A stretch of 63,916 nucleotides of DNA, the filler included, from Basidiobolus meristosporus CBS 931.73 (Eukaryota > Fungi > Basidiobolomycota), in assembly GCA_002104905.1 (NCBI GenBank). It is 4 parts of 4 records of this genome, joined end to end, with 100 filler letters (N's around TTAATTAATTAA, not from the genome) between each part and the next. Parts side by side here need not be neighbours in the genome. Positions count along the whole stretch, not along the records: positions 1 to 24,051 come from MCFE01000958.1; positions 24,152 to 39,822 come from MCFE01001142.1; 2 more parts are not named here. One strand, given 5' to 3'. Each line of letters opens with the position of its first letter. Position 1 is the stretch's first letter. The translations under genes were made by a program, and so were the position numbers. This document shows, in pieces, positions 13,520 to 24,491 of the stretch. The notes below the pieces were generated by a model. That model ran no database searches. It had not been told where the DNA came from and worked only from the letters and a program-made list of their open reading frames with translations.

Positions 13520-13912
13520 GGTAGCAGAGGAAGGCGGACAAACTTGCAAGGAATACTGGAATATACTAAACTAGATTGTGGGTTTGTAAAGCCACTAGTA
13601 TGTCAAGAATACAACTATTGAGCCACAATCCCCAACTTAAATAAGTTAGCGTCACTTCAGAAGGTACTGGTTTCAATGTCCTTTGATAGAGTATTGTACT
13701 AAAGCTTCCAATACTGTAACAACTGTAAACTCCACCAGCAGGGTAATAAAGTGAATGCAGCTTTGACCAATAGTTTTACAAAGATAAAGTATCTTTGCCT
13801 TTATAGGACAAGACTAGGGAAAGATGATGGGTGATACTTACGGTGAGTATTCCTTTTACAAGTTTTCTTCAAACTTTGGGCAGAAGGCAGGGATCCACAG
13901 GTAAGTCAGGAG

Positions 13913-13923
13913 AGTCTGATAAA
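13913..13923 (-). promoter_or_regulatory. Self-priming primer-binding site
   Basis: Minus-strand TTTATCAGACT, 2 nt after the 5' LTR, is the exact complement of AGTCTGATAAA inside the LTR (14059-14049), which starts about 27 nt downstream of TATATA (14086-14093). Confidence 0.85.
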
Positions 13924-13925
13924 AC

Positions 13926-14454
13926 TGTTATGAATAGACACAAGGCAGGAGAGTAGAGCTAGGCAAGGCAGGACCAGGGAAGGACTTAGGTGTGGATCAA
14001 CAAGGCAAGGCGGATTTCCAAGACAAGGCTGTTTATTCAAGACCTGTGTTTATCAGACTGAGGAATACTTAAGGGGGGATAGGACTATATATACTTTTTG
14101 GCTATATTGATGCCGAGAGATGTTAGCTAATACTAATGGGGTTGTGGGGTGAGGCACAGCAATGGTGCTGGGGATAATGACATAGATGACACGGTACTGA
14201 GACAGGATGGGGAAATGGATTGGGTCACCTGATCATGTGACTAAGTCATGTGACCTGGTATTTCCATATATGGTACTGGACTATAAAAAATACGATGGAA
14301 AGCTTCCATGGAATGTTCCATTGTGTAACAATGGTTTGGAATGGTCAGGAACTTTCTGGAAGGTGGTAGAAGGTTCCGGAAGGAATCTCTTAGAAATTGA
14401 GCTGGGAAGCTGAAACTTGGCATGGGTGTTCATGGTTGTCATGTGATCATGACA
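13926..14454 (-). repeat. Chromovirus 5' LTR
   Basis: Direct repeat of 8537-9065. Confidence 0.97.
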
Positions 14455-15400
14455 GGTGTTTGGGTAACAATTATGTGTTTGAGTTACAGAGTAAATCCCC
14501 TGCATCTCCCACATTCAGTAGCAATACTGTCTATTGTGCCCAGAAAAGCCAGCTATCTTGCTGATGGCTGGGGTATCTCCAATGCAGATATTACTATGTC
14601 CTTTGACATAATGGCCATTTACTGTTATCTGGCTGGAGCACATACAATATTTATTCAGCAATGGATACAGGTAGCTATCCAGGTTGGGCAGTGATTTAGG
14701 CCCAGATACCAGTGAGACTAACTTCTGATTTTGGCTATGATACCTTTAGATAGGTGGCAGATTCAGATTGATGAGAATCAGTGGCTAGCAGGATCAACTG
14801 GTAGAGTACCTGTTTAAAGAGGATCCATCAAGTGCTAAGGTAAAGGCATGATCACACGTACCTTCAAAGTAGCCCTTGCTTCTTAGATGTTTTTAATGCT
14901 TACCATTGAATATATTAGACATGTTTGCACTTGATTGATACTGAGTTTGGTACTTACCAGGTTCACAATATTTGTTGGACTGCATGTGCATCCTTGGATG
15001 GGGTATAACCAGAATATATCTGAAGTGTGAATAATGTTTCCCCCAATGGTAATGGATTCCTGACAAGTTGGACAGCTTTCAATGGTGGCACTTTCTGATG
15101 TAGATGCCAAGCAAATGTTAGCATATGCCAGTATCACAATGGTCTCTGGGTCATATGTCAGCATGTACCTAGTAAATTGTATCCTGGGATGATTTTGGCA
15201 AAGAGTAGATGTAAATCCCCAAAGCCCCCATTACTGATATTGGTGGAAACATGCCACTTTGCTAGCCACAATATCACGTCATTCACCAGTAGATGGACTA
15301 CTTGGCTCAATTGACTCCATAAGGTATCTTTGGTGCTTTTTTTCATGAGTGCTGTCTAATTGCATATTCAGATTTTGCCAGGCTCATGCAGGGTATTGTT
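14455..15400 (-). mobile_element. CACTA/En-Spm-like transposase remnant (target of the chromovirus; left piece at 8467-8536)
   Basis: Homologous by eye to 44900-45920, whose translation contains ILINLNLPP and SGPKSQSNLDTY. Joining the flanks across the TSD restores ttcttagtgttggtgtttgggtaa, matching the reverse strand near 45860. Confidence 0.65.
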
Positions 15401-16629
15401 GCCAGAGAAGATAGGCTAACAGTCCCTCAGTGAGCCTGCTTCTTCAGAGCTTTCACTCTTTGTGCCATATCCAAAAGGCTGGGGTGAGCCTGAAGGAGTT
15501 AGAAGTTCACCTGACTCAGCTTACGCAAGGTGACATGTACAGCCAGGGGCCATTATGGATGTATTGAGTGGCTGGCAAGATATTTTTGGTACAGTTGAGG
15601 CTGGTTAATGGCCAAATATCACCTGGGAGGCAAAATATTGGCCATGATCCTTTTAATAATTCCTATGCTGTCTGGGTGCTTCATGGCTGAGAGGCTTGTT
15701 ACAATGGCTACATGGTCTGTTTACTCTTCTTTTGCAGCATTGAGACAGATTAGTCTGTAGTAATGGAAAGAAATCCACTACTACAATATTGCAACCTAAT
15801 ATGGCACTCATTTCCTTATTTTGCTTTGGCTATTGTAGTACACAAATAAAAGATCAAGAAATTTCAAGCTTGAAGGGCAAAAGCTCAAGACCCTGACAAC
15901 CAAACCACCCAAGAAAATTATGTCATGCAGAACACACAGTACCCAACAAATGTTTCAAAATACAGCTCATTTGAAGCCGTATTTAATATTTTTTGGGACC
16001 ATCTTAAATAAAATTTATTTTTAACTTCAGACACAAGATATTTATGATTAGATTTGTACAATTTAGTTTGCATATTATCCTGCATAATAACACAAAAGAG
16101 GCAACACAATTATTTTATTACAGAGGTACACATAATACATTTTTTCAAACAAATTATTTTAAAATTGTACTATTTTTATGCTGAAAACTAATATACATTT
16201 AAGTTACCATATTTACTAGGCCTCTATTGCTAGGATTTCTATAGTGACTTCAACCACATGTAACTTTTGAACAAGCCAGTCAAGTGATGTGATATTTTCA
16301 CAGGCGCTGCGCTTACCTCCAATCTGTGCCACTATGCACTTTTGCTTTGTATCATGTGTATAGCTGGCACAATTGTCCAAAAACTTTGATCCTTCAGGAT
16401 TCTTTTATATATGACTTCCCCTGCTGAAAAATAGAGGAGAGCCTTTCTTTCCAGATCCTCCACAATGCAATTACAAGTTTAAGGGTTATAAGACTTCCCC
16501 TGCATCACTTGCACTGTTGAGTATTCTGACTTTGATTGTTGCTACATTAGTAAAGAGATTACAAAGCTCATAAGAATCCAATCTAAGTTCTACAAGAAAA
16601 CTATCACTTTTCTGTTGGAAACGTCATCT

Positions 16630-16830
16630 CTAAGAGACCCCTTTACTCTTAAGACACCCCTGTACTCTTAACACACCCCTTTACTCTAAAGAAGCCCCTT
16701 CAGGCACCCCTTTAGTGCAAAGTCCACTTCAGAGACCACTGTAAGAAGCCTCTTTACTCCAAAGAAGCCCCTTTTGACACCCCTTTAGGACTATAGACCC
16801 GTTTAGTGACTTCTACACTACACCCCTTTA
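16630..16830. repeat. Cluster of short ACACCCCTTTA-like repeats (about 19-bp period at first, then irregular)
   Basis: About 8 copies of (A/G)C(A/C)CCCTTTA read directly, ending with an inverted TAAAGGGG. Confidence 0.65.
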
Positions 16831-17845
16831 GGTTAAAGGGGAGTTCAGAATTTACTTATTAAGAAACAACAGTGCAGAAGTAAAAGTGACCTCCAAATAA
16901 GGTAAAGTTGCTATAAAGTCAATAAGCTCCATAGTCACCAGAAGGTCAGAACACTGCTCTACAAGTGAGAAACACTGTCTAAAGAATATTTTGAGCCTAA
17001 GCTTGGGGATGTTAGTAAAAGTTATATCTTCTATTGGTATATCACACTGCCAACAAACTAATATAGGATTAACAAACTGAAAGTTGTTGTATATTCTGGA
17101 TCAGCCTCTAAATTGTAGAACAAGCCCTAAACTAATCATAATACATTACAACAAGTCTTATACATGGGGCAAACAGTTTGACATTCATTAACACAACACT
17201 ATTAGAGAGTTTTTTTGTCAATACTCATGTGAGTTTAAGACAGTCTTGTATTAGATACATTGCACCTTCATAAATATAAGAATCAACAATGACCCTCCAT
17301 AGTAAACATTATAAATAAAGCTATGGTACCACATACACCTGAATATGTAACAACATTGCCCCTTTGGTTTGACTTACTTCAATATAACTGCGACCAAAAA
17401 ATAAAACAAAGTCTACTGGCTTACTCACTGGCCCCACTGCTGAGAGCTACAGAAAAATAGTTGGAAAGCAGCTTGCTTTGAAATTCAGTGCAGCAAGCAG
17501 GAATACATTCAAAAAGGCCCTGTGGACAGTGTGCCACCAATTATACTAATGCCAACTTGTTAGGCTGTCAGTCAAATAGGCAATTGGGAATATCTGCAGA
17601 GCCACAAGCTGATCATAATGCTGAAGCAGATCAGAATGTGACAAAAGCAGTAACTTTAGTTGAAGACTAGCAAGTGGATGTTATAACATCATCACCAGTT
17701 GTTTTAGCAAGTAGGTTGTCAGCTCGTTCCAAAGCATTAAAGAGGCAACTAGCCCTATGAAAAATCATTGAGATGATCCCGTCAAAAGGCCGTAACAAAG
17801 TTAATGTCCCGTGACTAAGAGGTACTGATCTTGTCAGAACACCGT

Positions 17846-19367
17846 TGTGGTGGTGTAGAGGTACTCCTGGGAGAAGCTACACAACTCAAGGTGTGTGAGG
17901 TGTCTGATGGGTGCAATAACCTCTGGGTCTAAACTGCTGGTGTCTTTGTCAATATGTCACTATGGTAAAAGCTCCTGCTTCTCTAGCTTCCTAGGTGCTC
18001 CAAGTGTCTCCAAAGACCTCTGTGTGTCTTGTGCACTACCCTGAAAAGCTCCTTGATGGCAGGTCTGAGATGTACTGTTGAAGGCAGGTGCAGTGATCAA
18101 CTGCTAATCAATAAGGGAGAAGTGTTACTGATAGAAGGGATGATTTATTGATGAGGGATTGCTTTCCCTTAAATACTTTTCCTGATTGCCAAGTGATTAC
18201 TAATGACAAGGTTCTAGAAGATTCTAGGTATCAGTGGAATTCTTGATGACATCACTATGAGCTAAAAATATGCCAAGAATGTCCTGGAGGTTCTAAAAGG
18301 CACAGCACTCTCAACCAATCAGGAATCAGTAGTCTGAAACCTGTGCAACATAGAAATACCATATATGGTATTGAAATGCTAGGGATGGTAACACAGACCT
18401 AGGTCATGTGTCATGGGTACTGACGCAGGTACTTGCCTTATATAGATACATCTACTGATCACAAAGCTGAGTAACATCTGGGATAACTAATGCTAATAAC
18501 TAATCAGGGTAAACATCACATGGGGATAATACTGATAATATGGGCAAAAGAAGAATGGGATAATTCTGATAAGATAAAATATGGATAAGTATATCATAAT
18601 GACTAGACTTGTTCCATTGGATAGTGCCACATTGAGCCATGAGTGCCAAATGATGCCATAGTGTGCCTAGGAGGCTAGGTGAGCCTATACTTGGCCACAG
18701 GGTGTGAGACATAGCTCTGCATCTTCATGCAAAGTGACCCCTGAGTTTCACCCATTGTGCTGGAGAAAATCCATTTTTTGACCTTTTTTTCTGGATCAAT
18801 GTTGTGCAGGATGTGAAAGGGCACAGAAGGACTGAAGACATGCATCTGGTACTCAATACCCATGGCACTTTGAATCTAGCTCCTGTGGCTTGTATCATGT
18901 CACAAAAATGCATGGCACTATCTTGGTCCTCTGGTACTATCTGGTACTATATTTAAATATTAGCCCTAAAGTAAAACCTATATAAAGCACTTATAGTGCC
19001 AGATAGTACCAGAGGACCAAGATAGTGCCATGCATTTTTGTGACATGATACAAGCCACAGGAGCTAGATTCAGAGTGCCATGGGTATTGAGTACCAGATG
19101 CATGTCTTCAGTCCTTCTGTGCCCTTTCACATCCTGCACAACATTGATCCAGAAAAAAAGGTCAAAAAATGGATTTTCTCCAGGCACAATGGGTGAAACA
19201 CAGGGGCTGCTTTGCATGAAAATGAAGAGTGATGTTTCACACTCTATGGCCAAATTTAGGTCTGCTATGCCTTTCTGGCACTCAATGGCACTATTTGGCA
19301 CTATCCAACAGAACAAGTCTACTATATGAATAAACTTGTCTGTGGGAGGTATGTTTACCCTACCACA
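17846..19367 (-). mobile_element. Solo LTR of the second gypsy family (diverged subfamily), interrupted by foldback element 1
   Basis: Ends TGTGGTGGTG.. and ..CCCTACCACA are the reverse complements of the family LTR termini. 4-bp TSD CCGT at 17842-17845 and 19368-19371. Confidence 0.85.
18605..19320. mobile_element. Foldback non-autonomous DNA transposon, copy 1
   Basis: AGACTTGTTC...GAACAAGTCT termini, about 340-bp inverted arms around an about 43-bp AT-rich spacer, TSD ACT/ACT. Confidence 0.9.
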
Positions 19368-20887
19368 CCGTCCAGAGACTGTTGAAAAATAATTGCACCC
19401 CAGATTTCACAAAAAACTTTGTCAAAATTTTTCATCACAACAATGTATAAGTGGCTTTTGATTGGGCCCCTGCCAATTTGCTCACTTTCTGATCCCAGAC
19501 ACTCTATTGCCTCCTATGCTTGTGTGAATTGTTTGGCTATTGCCTCTTTTTCACACTCCTTACTTCCTGACTCAACCATTTTGCTTACTTTTAATGCGTA
19601 CAAATTGATATATTTCCGTTGAAACTGCAGTTGTGCCTCAATTGACAATTGTATTGACCTCTACAAGTCTCTATACCCTACACTAACATTAAGCCCAACC
19701 CCACACTCAACAAGTAACTCCATTAAAATCCACCACTCAGTAAGTATTTCTGCTGTAATGCTCTGGTTCCATGACTTTGGCAGGAACCCAACGGCTTTAT
19801 GCCACTGTTCATTCACTGGTTCTCACACATCCCGGTCTTCAGCCAGCACTGCAAGATCTAGCTCCTCATCTGCCAGTCTTTGCAATAAATCCTTGCAATA
19901 TTCCAGGGCATTTTCTTGAGCACTGCTCTTGAAGAAGTGCTGCAACCTCTTGGTGTGCCTGTTAATGTTCCAAAACTTCACTGAAGGCATTGTGAGAGTC
20001 TTTTGAGCTCTTAACATTTTAGCCTTGTCTGTCAGTGGGATCTCCACTCTGTCAGCAATGGTGGCTGTGGAGGCTGTGATAAACAAATTACCTTGTTCAG
20101 CAAACCCATCTACCTTGCTGGAGTGTAGCTCAACTGGCTGCGCTTCCAACTCTTATGAAAACAGCTGTTTTGTTGTTGGTAATTCTTCTTGGCTATGATG
20201 GGATTCATTGTGTTCCTGGCTTCTGGCGCTAATTGGAAAGAACCGCAGATTTTTTTGCATGCCTCCCTGTCTCATGCTTGGGTAGACATTTTTCCCTTTA
20301 CCTTTACCTTTATCACTGCCAGGTCTTTCACTGCTATGTTGTCTGAGTGCTTCTTGTAAAGAACTACATTTTCTCCTGGATAAGTTCTGCTCTGACACAT
20401 CTGCTATGGCCTGCTTGTCCCTTGCTGGCACTCTTCTGGCAACTTGACATTTCTTTTCAGCTTGTTTTGAGCTCTCAACAGTAGTTGTGACAGGCTCCTG
20501 TAAAAGCAGCTGGTTTTTATCACTGCCAGTTCTTTCACTGCTCCTTGACTGGGTGCTTCTTGAGTGATATTACACTTTTTCCTTGATAAATGTTGTGCTG
20601 GTGCATCCATGTTGGCCTGCTTGTCCTTAATTGGCACTCTTCCAGCTGCCTGACATCTCTTTGACACTTGTCTGGAGCTTTTGGCCCTGCTTGTAACAGG
20701 CTCTTGAGGAAGCTGCTGGCTTTTAGCTATGGCTCCCTTGTTCTTTGGCCTTTGATAGTTTCTGCTATTCTTAAGATACTTTCTTAGCATACTAATGCTG
20801 GCCCAAGATCTGTTTGCCCATTTGAATCCATGATAATGCTCATGAAACAAGTCAAGTGTGTTCTGCTTGGCCTTGAGTTGCTGATGG
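19368..20887 (-). repeat. Family X, longest copy, with ORF pieces 20404-20913, 20153-20431 and 19823-20149
   Basis: The peptide HSSKVD..DRVEIPLTDK..KFWNINRHTKRLQHFFKSSAQENALEYCKDLLQRL recurs at 40292-40612, 46450-46870 and, decayed, near 3200-3420. Confidence 0.7.
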
Positions 20888-21962
20888 TGTAGTGGGGTGA
20901 CAGTGACACCCACTGACAGATGTGCTCATTCCCTTATTTTCTACTTCCCTATATCCCTACTACACTCATTTTAGTTTTATCCCATTTTGTCTTACCCAAT
21001 CAGTACTATCCCATAAGCCGGTTGACTATCACACCTGCTTACCTTATTGCATAAGTTACCCCTCACTTTATGTAAGATTACTAGTTCAAGTGCTTCTATA
21101 TTAGGCAAGTACCCGCGCCAGTACCCGTGACACATGATCAACCCGTGTCACCATCCCTACCATTTCCATACCATATATGGTATCCCCATGTTACACAGGT
21201 TTCAGAATACTGATTCCTGATTGGTTGGATGTGCTGTGCCTCTTAGAACCTTCCGGCACCTACTTAGAACATACTTAGGTCATTCTGATGTCATTAAGAT
21301 TTCTATTGATATCCGGAACCTTCTGGAACACCATGATTAGTAATCACTTAGCCAGTAAGAAAAGTATATAAGGGAGGCTATCCCTCAACAATAAATCATC
21401 ATCCCTTTTATCAATATACCGACTTGTTGATTAGTGTGATCACTGCTACCTGCTGCTACCTGAACTTCCAACCCCAGACCACAGGACACTCCCAGGAAAC
21501 CGTGCTGACAGCCAACTGACCTTGGAGGCACTACTTGTGAGGAATACTCAGAGTAGGTATCTTTTATTATATTTGATTCTTTCCCAAGTTTGTTCTTGTA
21601 CAGGCAAAGATACTTTTCTGTCTTTGTAACTATTGACCAAAGCTGCATTCTTATCAAGTCCCTGCTGGTGGAGTTTACAGTTGTTTTGACTTTGGAAGCT
21701 TTAGTACATTGTCATCTCAAAGGACGCTGAACCCAGCACATACTTTTGTTAAGACGCCAACTAAGTTGGGGATTGTAGCTCAATAGTTTTCCCTTGACAA
21801 GCTTGTGGCTTTATTCCCCTTCACATTAGATTAGAGACAGAACCCAAGTATTCCTAGCAAGCTTTTGCCAGAGGTTATTGCACCCAGTGAACACCCCACA
21901 CACAAAACACTTGAGAAGTGTTGGACGTATCTCTCCCTTGGACTTATACACCACCACATATT

Positions 21963-21980
21963 TGGCACCCAATGTGGGGG
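21963..21980 (+). promoter_or_regulatory. tRNA-Lys(CUU)-type primer-binding site, CpG-decayed
   Basis: TGGCACCCAATGTGGGGG versus the canonical Lys1,2 PBS TGGCGCCCAACGTGGGGC; both CG dinucleotides have become CA or TG. Confidence 0.8.
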
Positions 21981-22098
21981 GTTCATACAAGCTCCCTAGG
22001 ACCCAACAAGATTTACCTGAAGATTTGAGCTGTTATCCACCTATTGAAAAGAGACTACCGATATTACCAAGATTACAACACCAACCTACCTGCCCAAC

Positions 22099-24051
22099 AT
22101 GAACTCTATGCCATTACCACTCTCACATGGAGCCCCACAGTTTGATGGAAAGAATGTGGAAAGCTTCATATTCAAATGGGAGAAGCTCTGCAAGATGTGC
22201 AGCCTATCTGAACAAGAAATGGCTGAAGACTTCCCCTACTACTGCACCGATGATATTACCACTAAGCTTCTCAGACAAGGAGACATTCTCACTGACTGGG
22301 CCTTAATGAGGACCTACCTACAGACCGAGTATGGTAGACCCCAGATATACTATGGAATTGAAGACCTCAGGCACCTTGGAAGAACTGGACTTTCCAAGCT
22401 ACCACTTGAAGAGTTCATTCAACAGTATGAAGATATGGCCAAGCCACTCCTAAAGTCCCAGGCTATAACTGAGTTTACCATGACACTTTACCTTGCACAA
22501 GGGCTTCCCCAGGACTTGGCAAGGAAAGTTGACTTATATGCAGCCAAGAATGAAAACTCTGGCATTCCTTGCTTTGCAGAGATGAAACGTGTTCTCCTAG
22601 AGGCAAAGCAAACTTCTACCTTTATGAGACTCCTGACATCTAATCTGCCAGACCAGTCAACCAAGGAGCCAAGGAGTGCTGCTGCTGACAATCAGACCTA
22701 CACTACCGACAGAATTGACCAACTTGCTGAACAGCTACAAAAGCTAGCCCTCAAGATTAATGGCTCAGCTGAGGTTGCTACTGAGGGACAAAGACCTTTG
22801 CCCAGGCACTGCATCTGGTGTGACTTTACTCAGCATGCCAGACGAGAATGCTCAGAGCTTAGCCAGCTACTCAGAGAAGGAGCAGTACAGTTTGATGCTG
22901 ATGGAATGCTTGCTGACAAGGAAGGAAGAAGGATTCCCACTAATTTCCGAAGAGGAGGGATGAGAGCCCTTTTCCAGAAATCTGACTCAGCAACCAGAAA
23001 GATTACTGTTGATGCCCCTATTGGGACTCATAAAGTGAATTCAAGCAGCTCTGACAACAGACAATATGAAGTTGATGCCTTTGCTACCAAAAGACACCTC
23101 CCTGAAGAACCTGCCAAACCCATCCTTAGAAGACCACGATTTGAAGAACCTGAAGTTGTTATTGACAAGAGGCCTAGTATGCTGCCCACCCAAGATCCAT
23201 TGCCTCACTTTCAGATGACCTCAAAGATAGCAAGCTACTCAAGCCCTCAACTGATTACTGAGAAGCTGCTGAAGCAGAACCTCACTTTGTCAGTTGGAGA
23301 AATCATGAGTGTATCCCCATCTGTTAGGAAGACCTTTGATGAGCAGCTTAGAACAAGACGACAAGCTGTTGAACATATGGACACTCATATAATTCAGACA
23401 AACCATGAAGACCACCAAAAGGATGACAACACTACTGAATATAAGACCTTCTACTCAGTTGCAACTGCTGTGGTGAAAGGGTATATATATGATGACCCTG
23501 TTGACTGCCATATTGCAGTGGCTCAGAGATTTGTGTTATGCCGCTAGACTTCTGGAAGACACTTAAAAGCAAGGAGCTACTGCCTGTTGATAGAGATATT
23601 GGATGGAACATGACCGATGCAAACTCAGGATCTAGTCCACTCTATGGTGTAGTACACAAGTTTCCTATTGAGGTACAAGGAATCAAGGTCTGGCTTCCCC
23701 TCTTCATCTGCCAGAAGGCAAACTTTGACCTACTGCTAGGTAGACCATGGGAAACCAGTACTAAGGCTACAACTACCAACTATTCCGATGGGTCAGTATG
23801 GTACACCATACAAGGATCCAATCCAGGACTACAGTCAACCTTCTGTGGTGTAACACCCAACAATAAGAGGACACATACTGCTTGCCAGAAGGCACATCTT
23901 GTTATGGAAGAAGATGAAGAGCCTGACAATATACACCCCAACATTTGGAGCTGCTCATTAGGTATACAGGAGCAAACAGCTATGGTTCGAACAAAATACA
24001 AGACAGTAGAACAGAAGATTAGACCATCACTTACACCTTTGACTGATGGAT
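22099..24051 (+). pseudogene. Gag-protease reading frame broken by a 1-bp loss in the protease D-S-G codon
   Basis: CATATTG^CAGTGGCTCAGAGATTTGTGTTATGCCG: inserting one A at 23515/23516 gives H-I-D-S-G-S-E-I-C-V-M-P and fuses the two tracked ORFs. Confidence 0.8.
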
Positions 24052-24151
24052 NNNNNNNNNNNNNNNNNNNNNNNNNNNNNNNNNNNNNNNNNNNNTTAAT
24101 TAATTAANNNNNNNNNNNNNNNNNNNNNNNNNNNNNNNNNNNNNNNNNNNN
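24052..24151. other. Scaffolding gap (100 nt, N pad with central TTAATTAATTAA)
   Basis: The same pad design occurs at 39823-39922 and 53655-53754. Confidence 0.95.
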
Positions 24152-24491
24152 AAACCCTAACCCTGGCCCTCAGAGCCCACCCGGTGACGTCTGATGGGGA
24201 GAGGAAGTTGATTATCCGAGATTTGGTAATCATTTAGTCATCATGGATACATATCTCACTCTCAAGTACTAACTATGAGTAATACTTACTGCCACCCCTG
24301 ATGGTGCGTAAACCAGACGAGACCCTGCTTCAATTCCATTGTTTTCAAATAGGATCCACTGAAACACATTTCGAGGGATTCCCAAATAAGGATTATCGGA
24401 ATCTGATCGTTCCTACGGTGCATCCAATCCGAAGCCTTTAAAAGCAGCCCGGCGAATGCGGCATCAGGCAATCTGTCCTAATTGCATCAAC

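Larger units (their letters stand above)
8537..14454 (-). mobile_element. Intact Ty3/gypsy chromovirus (Tf1/sushi-like)
   Basis: LTRs 8537-9065 and 13926-14454 (529 bp each, TG..CA, no mismatch seen by eye). 5-bp TSD GGTGT at 8532-8536 and 14455-14459. PPT at about 9066-9080. Uninterrupted gag and pol. Confidence 0.97.
20888..24051 (+). mobile_element. Ty3/gypsy element, second family: 5' LTR, PBS, gag-protease; cut by the assembly gap
   Basis: LTR 20888-21958 (TGTAGTGGGG...CACCACCACA), PBS 21963-21980, gag ORF 22099-23547, protease region (LLLGRPW) and a KYKTVEQKIRP linker up to the gap. Confidence 0.88.

Noticed and set aside
15900-17700. Possible decayed gene(s) in AT-rich sequence
   Set aside because: Stops in all frames and no recognisable motif.
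18675-19329. Mirror-image ORF pairs in the foldback elements
   Set aside because: A consequence of the palindrome; no domain signal, and not conserved in frame between copies.
21878-22102. Recurrent MHPVNTPHTKHL.. ORFs (also 30967 and 40211)
   Set aside because: They begin at a TTG in the LTR U5 and read into whatever follows; not genes.
24096-24107. Palindromic TTAATTAATTAA inside N runs (also 39867-39878 and 53699-53710)
   Set aside because: Identical pad in all three gaps; a scaffolding linker, not biology. Adjacency across the gaps is unverified.
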